This document shows, one piece after another, positions 1-8,566 of a DNA stretch of 35,606 nucleotides. Each line of letters begins with the position of its first letter. Position 1 is the first letter of the stretch. A model generated the notes under the pieces. It was not told the origin of the DNA. It made no database searches and saw only the letters and a list, made by a program, of their open reading frames with translations. Source of the DNA: an uncultured archaeon (GTDB lineage Archaea > Iainarchaeota > Iainarchaeia > Iainarchaeales > UBA10191). The position numbers and the translations under genes were made by a program. The DNA is taken from assembly GCA_964535725.1 (NCBI GenBank), contig CAZHUN010000009.1, positions 1 to 35,606 on the forward strand, given 5' to 3'.

Positions 1-919
<919 letters not shown>

Positions 920-1016
920 TCACAATCGCTCCTTCATTAGACGTGTCTTTTCCCACTTCTGTAAAAATGATTTTTGCTTATAAAAACCCGCTTAGCGTAA
1001 TTTTCCGCTGGTGCCT

Positions 1017-1586
1017 TCATGCGAGACTGAGTGCGGCGAACGCGTTATAAGCCATATGTGCGACCCAGTTTTCGGACAAATTTTTCCGCTTTTGAAACCA
1101 GAAAGCGAGTACCAACCCCAAAACAAAAGCGCCCGCAATTTGCACCACACTACCATATCCATAATGCGCGAGTCCGAAAAAAAGCGCCGAAATCGGCACG
1201 CCTGTCAAGGGCACTAAAAATGCGCGGAAAAAAACTTCTTCGGCAAACGGTCGAACGACAATCAAGTATGCGAGTAGCAAGGGAGCCGATTTCCAGCCTT
1301 CCAACGCTTGGGCAACTTTTTCCAAATCGTTTCCCATCCAAAACGAGGCCAAAAAGGCCGTGGCAGTTCCAACGACGATTAATAATACCGCCAATATCAG
1401 CGCGTGCGTAATGGTTTCTTTTGAAAAGTGGAGGGAGAGTTTTTCGCGGACGCTTTCTTTTGTCCATTTCCAAAACAATATCGGCAATCCGATCAATAGA
1501 GCGTCGAGTGCGATGAATTCGAGCGAAAGGCCTTTTGGAAAAAGGTCTGCGAAAAAAACGCTTTGCGAAAGGCCTAGCGCTTCCAT
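1017..1586 (-). CDS. CPBP-family (CAAX-type) intramembrane protease
   Basis: 189-aa multi-pass membrane ORF with [14 protein letters not shown] and HMAYN motifs typical of CPBP/Abi glutamic intramembrane proteases. Confidence 0.75.
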   Translation of the reverse strand: MEALGLSQSVFFADLFPKGLSLEFIALDALLIGLPILFWKWTKESVREKLSLHFSKETITHALILAVLLIVVGTATAFLASFWMGNDLEKVAQALEGWKSAPLLLAYLIVVRPFAEEVFFRAFLVPLTGVPISALFFGLAHYGYGSVVQIAGAFVLGLVLAFWFQKRKNLSENWVAHMAYNAFAALSLA

Positions 1587-1762
1587 TCAGTGTACCCGCA
1601 CTTGCCGCATGAACCACGGTCCGAATGTTCAGCGAGAAAAACTCCGGGCCCGCACTTGGGACAGAATTTTTTCGAACGCGATACTTTGTCGCCTTCGACT
1701 TTGTAATTGGAGGCTTTGTGGATTTTTTTGGCCTTTTGTGCGGCTGGTTTTTTGTCGGCCAT
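1574..1762 (-). CDS. rps27ae: 30S ribosomal protein S27ae (eS31)
   Basis: 62 aa with a CPKCG...CGKCG zinc ribbon and a basic N-terminus. Sits at the canonical position after S24e. Confidence 0.9.
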   Translation of the reverse strand: MADKKPAAQKAKKIHKASNYKVEGDKVSRSKKFCPKCGPGVFLAEHSDRGSCGKCGYTEWKR

Positions 1763-1765
1763 GGA

Positions 1766-2074
1766 TTACGCCTCCGCTTTGGGAGTTTCGCTTTTGACTG
1801 TCTTTGTGTTTTTGGCAATCTTGTGCTTGACTTCCACTTTTTTCAACATTTCTTCGCTATCGTACACGTGGCAAAATCCCGAAACTGTTTTTGCGCCAAA
1901 CCGTTGTCGAATGTGTTTTACAACAACCAATTTTTCGGAAACATTCAATTGTGCGGCAATCTTTCCGCGCACTTCTTCTCGCGAAGGGGTTGTTTCGCAA
2001 CCGTCGATGGAAAAAACGATTTCCGTTCTGTCCAGCAATGGCTGTTTCTGTTTTTGTTCAATGCTCAAGTCCAT
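1766..2074 (-). CDS. rps24e: 30S ribosomal protein S24e
   Basis: 102 aa. NPLLDRTEI-like start (QPLLDRTEIVF) and a FG...G.. core. Canonical Spt4-S24e-S27ae order. Confidence 0.9.
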   Translation of the reverse strand: MDLSIEQKQKQPLLDRTEIVFSIDGCETTPSREEVRGKIAAQLNVSEKLVVVKHIRQRFGAKTVSGFCHVYDSEEMLKKVEVKHKIAKNTKTVKSETPKAEA

Positions 2075-2078
2075 TCTT

Positions 2079-2273
2079 TCACCTGCTCAAACGCAACGCG
2101 TATTTTCCCGGCTTTTCGATTCCCATTTTTTTTGAAATCTCAGACTGTTCGGGGTTGATGATGACCACGTACCCTCGCCAGAAAGTGGTAAACGTGTCGT
2201 TGCCGCAATTGGGGCACTTGCTTCCTTCGTCGATGACTCTCCGACAGTTTCTGCACGCTTTTCCAAAACTCAC
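2079..2273 (-). CDS. spt4: transcription elongation factor Spt4 (RpoE'')
   Basis: CRNC...CPNCG zinc ribbon followed by W.GYVVIINPEQSEI. Start set at GTG 2273, by analogy with the AGGTGTCTAT-NTG spacing in the other leader elements; the ORF-track start at 2282 lies inside the SD. Confidence 0.85.
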   Translation of the reverse strand: MSFGKACRNCRRVIDEGSKCPNCGNDTFTTFWRGYVVIINPEQSEISKKMGIEKPGKYALRLSR

Positions 2274-2342
2274 AATAGACACCTTCGATAGGAAACTGCG
2301 TTTCCTAATCCCTTCCTTTTCCTTTCCAACTTCCCTTCAATT
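2274..2342 (-). promoter_or_regulatory. conserved intergenic leader element, long form (upstream of spt4)
   Basis: Gene-sense: AATTGAAGGGAAGTTGGAAAGGAAAAGGAAGGGATTAGGAAACGCAGTTTCCTATCGAAGGTGTCTATT-GTG. Hairpin TAGGAAAC-GCA-GTTTCCTA followed by SD AGGTG. Confidence 0.8.
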
Positions 2343-2957
2343 TCACTTCTTTTCCTCTTTTCCGCGGCGTTCGATTTTTTGCATTTTTGGCTCTTTCTTT
2401 TTGGCTTCTTTGACGGGTTTGGCTTCGATGGTCTTCCAATCTTCTTTTCCCAGTCCGGGTTGTCTCATCGTCAATCCGATTTTGCTTTCGGCAATGCTTC
2501 CTTTCATGCTGATGGTTACAATTCTGCACAACACGTCGTCTTTGCTGACCAACTTTCTTCCCGACTCTTTTCCGACAAATCCGGGAAGTGCGGGATCGTA
2601 GTTGACAAACTCGTCCATGATTTGGCTCATGTGAATCAATCCTTCCAAAGGTCCTGTTTTGGCGAATGCGCCGAATTCCGTAATTTCCGAAACCGTTCCT
2701 TCCACTAATTCTTGCAATACGGGTTTGAAGGCCAAAAACTCGATGTCGGCGTCGAAATAGGCAGCCCCATCGCCGGGAATGACTTTTCCTTCCGAGGTTT
2801 TTTTCGCACTAATGACGGCCACAACCACTCCCAAGTCTTCGTCGACCAGTCCTTCGTACTGTTCTTGGACAATGGCTTTCAAGGCCTTTTCCAAGTCTTC
2901 GGAAAACTTGTTCGGCGGAACGCGAATCGTGTCGTTGATGGTGTAAATATAGTACAT
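2343..2957 (-). CDS. rpoE: DNA-directed RNA polymerase subunit E' (Rpo7)
   Basis: 204 aa with an N-terminal Rpb7-like fold and an S1 domain (GTVSEITEFGAFAKTGPLEGLIH). K/E-rich C-terminal tail. Confidence 0.9.
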   Translation of the reverse strand: MYYIYTINDTIRVPPNKFSEDLEKALKAIVQEQYEGLVDEDLGVVVAVISAKKTSEGKVIPGDGAAYFDADIEFLAFKPVLQELVEGTVSEITEFGAFAKTGPLEGLIHMSQIMDEFVNYDPALPGFVGKESGRKLVSKDDVLCRIVTISMKGSIAESKIGLTMRQPGLGKEDWKTIEAKPVKEAKKKEPKMQKIERRGKEEKK

Positions 2958-2976
2958 ATGCTCACTTTCACAATAC

Positions 2977-3351
2977 TTAGCACAATCTTATTAACCTTTT
3001 TTGGCGCAAAACCAGGCATTTGCCTTTTATGTGCTTCCGTAGCGCGCGGTCATTCGTTGCAATCAATGCTCCTTGTTTGGCCAGTTTTTTCAATGCCGCA
3101 TCTGCACTATTGGCCTTCACTTGAACGATTTTGGCCTTTTCGTTGGCTTGTTGGAGTGCGATTCGGGCGGCCAACGCAGTCTTTTTCTGTTTTTCCAGCA
3201 GTTGAAGCTCTTCTATCACTTGTCGGGGCGCCACAAATTCAACTTTTCCAACCTGGTCTTCGATTTCCGTCCAAATGTCAATATGAAACTGGGCAATCGC
3301 CATCAGCATGTTCGTATCCAATGCAATTTTAGGCAACGGTTCCATATCCAA
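2977..3351 (-). CDS. PIN-domain protein (conserved archaeal aIF2gamma-neighbour)
   Basis: 124 aa with ALDTNMLM and ATND acidic motifs. Typical position between aIF2gamma and rpoE. The start (3351 or 3345) overlaps the aIF2gamma 3' end. Confidence 0.7.
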   Translation of the reverse strand: MDMEPLPKIALDTNMLMAIAQFHIDIWTEIEDQVGKVEFVAPRQVIEELQLLEKQKKTALAARIALQQANEKAKIVQVKANSADAALKKLAKQGALIATNDRALRKHIKGKCLVLRQKRLIRLC

Positions 3352-4729
3352 CGAGTCTCCAACTGGCGCCGATTTTTTTCGAAAGTGCGGCCTTTTGTCC
3401 CTTGTCTACAATGGCGTTGTTTTTCAACAACACTTCGATCACATTGTTCCGGCTGGAAACAACGTTTCCCACGGCCGTCATGGTTCCCACACTGACCAAC
3501 GCAATCTCGTTCATCTTGTAAGGAGACACTTCCACATTCAACAACCGTTTCAAATATTCCACTTCCAATTTCATGCGTTGGGTCGGCGCAGGCAAAGTTC
3601 CTGGTTTGGCCGCCAATTGCCCTCTGAACTGGTCGTTGCGGCAAATGCTCGGATCCAATTGCGTGCCAATGCCGATCAACCCGCCCGGCTTCGCTTCCTG
3701 TAATTTTCCGAATGACGTGCTCAAACTTTCCACTTTTGTTACTAACTTCTTTCCGTCGAATCCGGGAGAAATTTCAATCGCGTCCCCCACTTTTACAGTC
3801 CCTTGGACAATGCTTCCACCCAAGACCCCGCCTTTGAAATCTTCCACTTTTGTTCCCGGCTTGTTGATGTCGAAACTGCGAGCGACAAACATTTTCAACG
3901 GCTTGTTCAACTCGAATTCGGGAGTCGGAATTTCAGAATTGATGGCTTCCATCAGCAAATCCAAATTCGCGCCGAAATTGGCCGAAACCGGAATGACGTG
4001 CGCATTTTCGAAACCGTATTCTTTCAAAAATGCATTGATTTGTTGAAAATTTTCAAACGCTTTCTCGCGCGAAACCAAATCCACTTTGTTTTGGGCAACG
4101 ACAATGTGCTTGACATTGCTCAACTCCAACGCCATAACGTGTTCTGCCGTGCGCGGTTGCGGAACTGGCTCGTTGGCCGCGATGACCAACACTGCGCCTT
4201 GCATTAATGCGGCTCCGGACAACATGGTTGTCATCAATGTTTCGTGCCCCGGGGCGTCGACGAACGAAACTTTGCGCAATACTTCGGTTTCTTTTCCGCA
4301 CGATGGACACTTGAGTGCGGTCGTAAAACATTCCGGCGCTGAACAAGTTGGACACTTGCGAAAGACAATGTCCGCATATCCGAGTCGGATGGAAATGCCG
4401 CGCTTGATTTCTTCCGAGTGCGTGTCCGTCCATTTTCCCGTCAGTTTTTCGGTAAGTGTTGTTTTTCCATGATCAACATGCCCAATCATTCCGATGTTGA
4501 GCTCGGCCTGTCCCGAGCCGCTTCCAATCGGCTGCTGTGCCAAGCCGCTTTCGCGCGGCTTTGGCGACGTACTACCTGCAGTAGCACTAGCGCTCCGCTT
4601 GGTAGTACTGGCTTGAATACCATCTCTCGGCTTGGTTGCACTGGCTTCGCTTTTTTTAGTAGAAGGGGAAGAAAGTGCAGCACCGTCGCTGACTTTTTTG
4701 GAATCTTTTTTGGGCGCTGCTTTCTTCAT
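3329..4729 (-). CDS. eif2g: translation initiation factor aIF2 gamma subunit, with about 70-aa N-terminal low-complexity extension
   Basis: GHVDHGKTTL P-loop, a CPxC...CPSCG zinc knuckle, DAPGHE and NKVD GTPase motifs. 466 aa. Confidence 0.93.
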   Translation of the reverse strand: MKKAAPKKDSKKVSDGAALSSPSTKKSEASATKPRDGIQASTTKRSASATAGSTSPKPRESGLAQQPIGSGSGQAELNIGMIGHVDHGKTTLTEKLTGKWTDTHSEEIKRGISIRLGYADIVFRKCPTCSAPECFTTALKCPSCGKETEVLRKVSFVDAPGHETLMTTMLSGAALMQGAVLVIAANEPVPQPRTAEHVMALELSNVKHIVVAQNKVDLVSREKAFENFQQINAFLKEYGFENAHVIPVSANFGANLDLLMEAINSEIPTPEFELNKPLKMFVARSFDINKPGTKVEDFKGGVLGGSIVQGTVKVGDAIEISPGFDGKKLVTKVESLSTSFGKLQEAKPGGLIGIGTQLDPSICRNDQFRGQLAAKPGTLPAPTQRMKLEVEYLKRLLNVEVSPYKMNEIALVSVGTMTAVGNVVSSRNNVIEVLLKNNAIVDKGQKAALSKKIGASWRLVGYGTVA

Positions 4730-4733
4730 TAAT

Positions 4734-5210
4734 TCACTTCTTTATTTTTCCCTTGATTTTTTGCGCTTCGTCCGCGCTCATGGTTTCCGCGGCCTTATGA
4801 CTTTCTTCAATCATTTTGTCTTTCAAGCTCTTGGCCTCTTTTTTCTCTTTCGGCAACAGCTCTTCCAACGAAGTCGGGCCGTTTTTAGTAACCACGATAT
4901 TCAATTGGTGGATGTCTTCCGCAATCACGTTTCCGCGCACGGCTTTTTTCACGCGTTGTCCTTTTCGTTCCGGCCGAAATCCTGGCCTGTTGGCGAGAAA
5001 GATTTCCTTTCTCTGAGTTCCTGGCAAGTCAAAACGCATGGGCGTTCCGGTTTTGTCAGAGCCTCCCGAAATTCTGGCCTCGTATCCCTGCAGTCCGAAC
5101 TCGTCCAACGAAATCGTTTGGCCGATTTTTTTTCCGGCCAAAGAACCAATGCCTTCGACTTTCTTGGAATAGGCTTGCTTTTTTTTGGGATCCGATATCA
5201 CGATTTGCAT
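4734..5210 (-). CDS. rps6e: 30S ribosomal protein S6e
   Basis: 158 aa with GGSDKTGTPMR and RKGQRVKKAVRG motifs. SD GAGGTGA lies 5 nt upstream. Confidence 0.9.
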   Translation of the reverse strand: MQIVISDPKKKQAYSKKVEGIGSLAGKKIGQTISLDEFGLQGYEARISGGSDKTGTPMRFDLPGTQRKEIFLANRPGFRPERKGQRVKKAVRGNVIAEDIHQLNIVVTKNGPTSLEELLPKEKKEAKSLKDKMIEESHKAAETMSADEAQKIKGKIKK

Positions 5211-5242
5211 GCTTTCACCTCAACCACTTTCGCAGATCGGGC

Positions 5243-6997
5243 TCACTCGATGCGAAGCTTCGCTTCGAGCGTTCGAATGTCCTCCCATAATGTCTGTTCG
5301 GAAGGACTGAAAAATTCTTTGAATTTTTCGAGCTCTACGAACATCTTCTTGGGAATAACAGTATAAAGGGTTTGCTCTTCGGCCACGTTTCTGCCCAAAA
5401 CTGCGTCGTCCACGCTGATCGCCACTTCGTCTCCGGCCTTTGCCTCTTCGACAGTCTCTCCCTTGTTTTGCATCACATCAACTGTTCCAATGATTCCGGA
5501 ATTGTTGAACAATTTTACCCCTGCCTTCAATCTCCCTTCCAGCACTTTCACTCCAAAAATGGCTGGCTTGCTGTTTCGAAAAACAAAGCCGCGCAACACT
5601 TCCATTCTGCACGGCCAAACCAAGGTGGACAACACTTCTTTCTTCTCTTCTTCCTTCTTTCCTTTCACCCACAAATCATAGGTTTCAATGAGTCGATACA
5701 CGACATTTTCAGAAAAAATCTTCACATTGCGCTTTTCGGCTTCTTGGAGCGCCAGCGCCGGCACTTTGACATTGAATGCAAAAATAACCCCTTTCAACGG
5801 CTCTTTTTCCGAAACCGCGGCCGCTTCCAACACGTCGCGCTTGGACACTTCTCCCACATGCGCGCGTTTCACTTTGACCCCTTTTCCGTCCAATAATTTG
5901 ACCATCGCCTCCAAACCGCCTAACGTGTCTGCTTTGACGATAGGACCGAAAGTATTGCTTTCGATTTCAATGCCTTGCACTTCCGCACGAACCAGTTCTT
6001 CTTCATTTCCTTCCGCCACTTCCAACACCAACGACCCTGCCAGCGCGTTCTCCAATCCCGGTGCCGCGATTTTGATTCCCGCCGCCGCATGCACTTCTTT
6101 CACATTTTGAAATTTTTCTTGCGGGTCGCGAATGTCATCTAATGGTTTCGGCTGTAAGAGTGCGCGAATTTTCGTTCGGATTAAATCGTCCGCTCCCGCA
6201 AGCACGATTTCGTCTCCGACAGAAAACGTTCCATCGTATACAATGACGTCGATGGTTTTTCCGAGCCCTTTTTCGTCTTTCACTTCCAACACGCTGCCTT
6301 TTCCCGGACCCGAAACTTCGATTTTCAACTCGTTTTCCAAATACTTCTGGGAAAGTCCGGCCAAAAACATCAACAATTCCGGCAAGCCCTCTCCCACTTT
6401 CGCGCTGAGGGGAATCACCGGAATCTGTTTCGTGAAATCGCGAATCCGGTCGAAACGCTCGCTTTGAAACCCGTGCTCGTGCAATTTTCCGACCAATTCG
6501 TACAATTTGACGTCCAATGCGCGTTCTCCGTCTCCCTCATTGCGTTTTAATCCATCAGAAACGCTTCCCTCTTTGGATTCCCACTCGCGGATCAAGTCGA
6601 TTTTGGTGGCCGCAACCACAAATGGCGTCTTGTAGGACTTTAGAATTTCAATCGCTTCCACGGTCTGCGGCTGGAACCCTTGTGTGATATCCACCACCAG
6701 CACCGCCAAATCCGCCAAACTCCCCCCGCGCTTTCGGAGATTGGTGAACGCTTCGTGGCCTGGCGTATCAATGAACAACAGTCCGGGAATGGAGATTTTG
6801 AAACCGAACTTTTCGAGCAACGGTCCGGCAATTCGTTTGACGGTTTCGATGGGAACTTCTGTCGCTCCAATGTGTTGGGTGATTCCGCCAACTTCGCGGT
6901 CTACGATGTTTGTGCCGCGAATGCTGTCTAACAATTTCGACTTTCCATGGTCGACATGGCCGAGCACGGTAATGATGGGTTTGCGAATTTCGGCCAT
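5243..6997 (-). CDS. infB: translation initiation factor aIF5B (IF2-type GTPase)
   Basis: 584 aa with GHVDHGKSKLLD, DTPGHEAF and TKIDL G-motifs and aIF5B domain order. Confidence 0.93.
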   Translation of the reverse strand: MAEIRKPIITVLGHVDHGKSKLLDSIRGTNIVDREVGGITQHIGATEVPIETVKRIAGPLLEKFGFKISIPGLLFIDTPGHEAFTNLRKRGGSLADLAVLVVDITQGFQPQTVEAIEILKSYKTPFVVAATKIDLIREWESKEGSVSDGLKRNEGDGERALDVKLYELVGKLHEHGFQSERFDRIRDFTKQIPVIPLSAKVGEGLPELLMFLAGLSQKYLENELKIEVSGPGKGSVLEVKDEKGLGKTIDVIVYDGTFSVGDEIVLAGADDLIRTKIRALLQPKPLDDIRDPQEKFQNVKEVHAAAGIKIAAPGLENALAGSLVLEVAEGNEEELVRAEVQGIEIESNTFGPIVKADTLGGLEAMVKLLDGKGVKVKRAHVGEVSKRDVLEAAAVSEKEPLKGVIFAFNVKVPALALQEAEKRNVKIFSENVVYRLIETYDLWVKGKKEEEKKEVLSTLVWPCRMEVLRGFVFRNSKPAIFGVKVLEGRLKAGVKLFNNSGIIGTVDVMQNKGETVEEAKAGDEVAISVDDAVLGRNVAEEQTLYTVIPKKMFVELEKFKEFFSPSEQTLWEDIRTLEAKLRIE

Positions 6998-7032
6998 ATT
7001 TTTCCCTTCTTCATATTCATCTTTTTTCTGTT

Positions 7033-7563
7033 TTACAACACGTGCACGTCGTGCACGGTCTTGTACGAGTGTAACTCATCCGGCTTGAACCAGAGGGCAA
7101 GCTCTTTTTGGGCTTCTTCCTCGTTTCCCGAAGCATGGATCAAATTTTTCATGTGACCTTCCGCGTTGTCGTGGTCGGCATGATACTGGCTTGTGTGGGC
7201 AAAATCTCCACGAATCGTTCCCGGAGGACACAAGTTCGGATAAGGACTCGGTCCGACCAGTTTTCGAACGTTTTTGACGGCTTCTACGCCTTCAATGCAC
7301 AAGGCAAAGACTGGACCGTCGCACAAATACGTCGTGAGTCTGTCGAGGACGAATTTTCCATACCCTTCGCCTTTGAGCTTTTCATAGCGTTCTTCGACGT
7401 CAAAATAATGGCTTTTGGCAAATTCCTTGTCCGCCCAAACCATTTTGGCGCCCACTACTTTGAGGCCAGTGGTTTCAAAACGGTGCATGATTTCCCCGCT
7501 CAGACTGCGTTGGACCGCATCTGGTTTCAACAGCACGAGCGTTCGTTCAATCATGTCAGGCAC
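7033..7563 (-). CDS. ndk: nucleoside diphosphate kinase (with two short insertions)
   Basis: ERTLVLLKPDAV, PGTIRGDF and NLIHAS (catalytic His) motifs. 176 aa, compared with about 150 usually. Confidence 0.88.
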   Translation of the reverse strand: MPDMIERTLVLLKPDAVQRSLSGEIMHRFETTGLKVVGAKMVWADKEFAKSHYFDVEERYEKLKGEGYGKFVLDRLTTYLCDGPVFALCIEGVEAVKNVRKLVGPSPYPNLCPPGTIRGDFAHTSQYHADHDNAEGHMKNLIHASGNEEEAQKELALWFKPDELHSYKTVHDVHVL

Positions 7564-7765
7564 CTTTTTTTGCCGCAGTCGCCAATCGAGCCACTTTTGC
7601 CTTGCGATACGCTTCCGTCCACTTCACTCGCGTCGGAGAACGGTTTAGTTTGAACAAATTTTTTTCACACTTTTTCGAACACACGTAGAAGACGCTATTG
7701 TCCTTTCGCGCGATAATTTTTCCCGTTCCTTTGGGCATTTCTTCCCCGCAAAAACTGCACTTCAT
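7556..7765 (-). CDS. rpl24e: 50S ribosomal protein L24e
   Basis: MKCSFCGEEMPKGTG...FYVCSKKC zinc-binding N-terminus. Confidence 0.92.
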   Translation of the reverse strand: MKCSFCGEEMPKGTGKIIARKDNSVFYVCSKKCEKNLFKLNRSPTRVKWTEAYRKAKVARLATAAKKGA

Positions 7766-7836
7766 ATGGACACCTTCGATAGGAAACTGCGTTTCCTAAT
7801 CCCTTCCTTTTCCCGTTTTCAACTTCCCTTTACGTT
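7766..7836 (-). promoter_or_regulatory. conserved intergenic leader element, long form (upstream of rpl24e)
   Basis: Gene-sense: AACGTAAAGGGAAGTTGAAAACGGGAAAAGGAAGGGATTAGGAAACGCAGTTTCCTATCGAAGGTGTCCAT-ATG. Shares a 45-nt identical core with the copy at 2274-2342. Confidence 0.8.
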
Positions 7837-8052
7837 TCAGCGTGCGCGAATCTCTTTCGCTTCGCGTTCCGTGTTCAACAAAATCAAAATGTCTCCTTTT
7901 TTCAAATTTCCCTTGACATTGCGCCGTTTAATCCTGCCTTTTTCCATTCCTTCCAAAATGCGGCACAACACTTGCGTGATTTCTCCATTCACTCCAGTTC
8001 GTTTGACAATTTCCACGACTTCGGCCGGGGTTCCGCTCTCATCGTCCGACAT
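7837..8052 (-). CDS. rps28e: 30S ribosomal protein S28e
   Basis: [20 protein letters not shown]...[17 protein letters not shown]. Start moved to ATG 8052 because the track start GTG 8061 is the SD GGTG. Confidence 0.92.
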   Translation of the reverse strand: MSDDESGTPAEVVEIVKRTGVNGEITQVLCRILEGMEKGRIKRRNVKGNLKKGDILILLNTEREAKEIRAR

Positions 8053-8089
8053 TATAGACACCTACGGTTTCTATTACTTCCCTTCATTT
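8053..8089 (-). promoter_or_regulatory. conserved intergenic leader element, short form (upstream of rps28e)
   Basis: Gene-sense: AAATGAAGGGAAGTAATAGAAACCGTAGGTGTCTATA-ATG. It fills the whole L7Ae-S28e spacer. Confidence 0.75.
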
Positions 8090-8455
8090 TCATTTCGCCG
8101 CGTCTTTCAATTTTTTGGCAATGTCTTCGACTTCTTTCTTCGCATCGCCTTCTTCGATGATGGCTACGGAAGAAGCGCCCACGTCGATTCCGGCTTTTTC
8201 GCCCAATTCTTTTTTCGTGGCAATCCACGCAAACGCAATGTTTTTTTCCTGGCAGAGAATTGGCAAGTGCATGACGACTTCTTTGGGCGAAACGTCTTCG
8301 GCTACAAAAACGAGTTTGGCCACTCCGCGCTCTACTGCTTTCGTAACCTCGTTGGTTCCGATTTTGATTTTTCCGCCTTTGCGCGTTTTTTCCAAAACGC
8401 CCAACGCGTTCTCTTGCAGTTCTTTCGACAATTCTTTCGCCATACTACCCATCAT
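8090..8455 (-). CDS. rpl7ae: 50S ribosomal protein L7Ae (K-turn binding)
   Basis: [36 protein letters not shown] motif. Three candidate ATGs (8455, 8452, 8443). Confidence 0.92.
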   Translation of the reverse strand: MMGSMAKELSKELQENALGVLEKTRKGGKIKIGTNEVTKAVERGVAKLVFVAEDVSPKEVVMHLPILCQEKNIAFAWIATKKELGEKAGIDVGASSVAIIEEGDAKKEVEDIAKKLKDAAK

Positions 8456-8471
8456 CTCCTTTTTTCAGGGC
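8447..8471 (-). promoter_or_regulatory. D'/C'-like K-loop candidate overlapping the SD and start codons of rpl7ae
   Basis: Gene-sense: GCCCUGA-AAAAAGGAGAU-GAUGGGU. CUGA and GAUG can form tandem sheared G.A pairs, a U.U pair and a C-G pair, extended by CC/GG. The loop holds the GGAG SD, and the GAUGAUG holds ATG 8455 and ATG 8452. Confidence 0.35.
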
Positions 8472-8540
8472 TTTTCCAAAGCGCATCATCTCGCGCAATC
8501 TATTGAGGGAAAAAGCAATACTAGAATTCCAACAAAAAGG

Positions 8541-8548
8541 CTTTAAAA
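8541..8548 (-). promoter_or_regulatory. TATA-like box for the rpl7ae transcription unit
   Basis: Minus-sense ATTTTAAAG, about 20 nt after the gltX stop and about 90 nt upstream of the rpl7ae ATG. This implies a 5' UTR of about 60 nt. Confidence 0.35.
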
Positions 8549-8566
8549 TGTCACTTTTTAGCGTCT

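Noticed and set aside
2296-2316. A K-turn formed by the leader-element hairpin and its GGGAU / UCGAAGG flanks (possible L7Ae site).
   Set aside because: The GA dinucleotides are not positioned next to the helix with a 3-nt bulge. At best a 1-2 nt bulge and an extra U.U are obtained, so the K-turn rules are not met.
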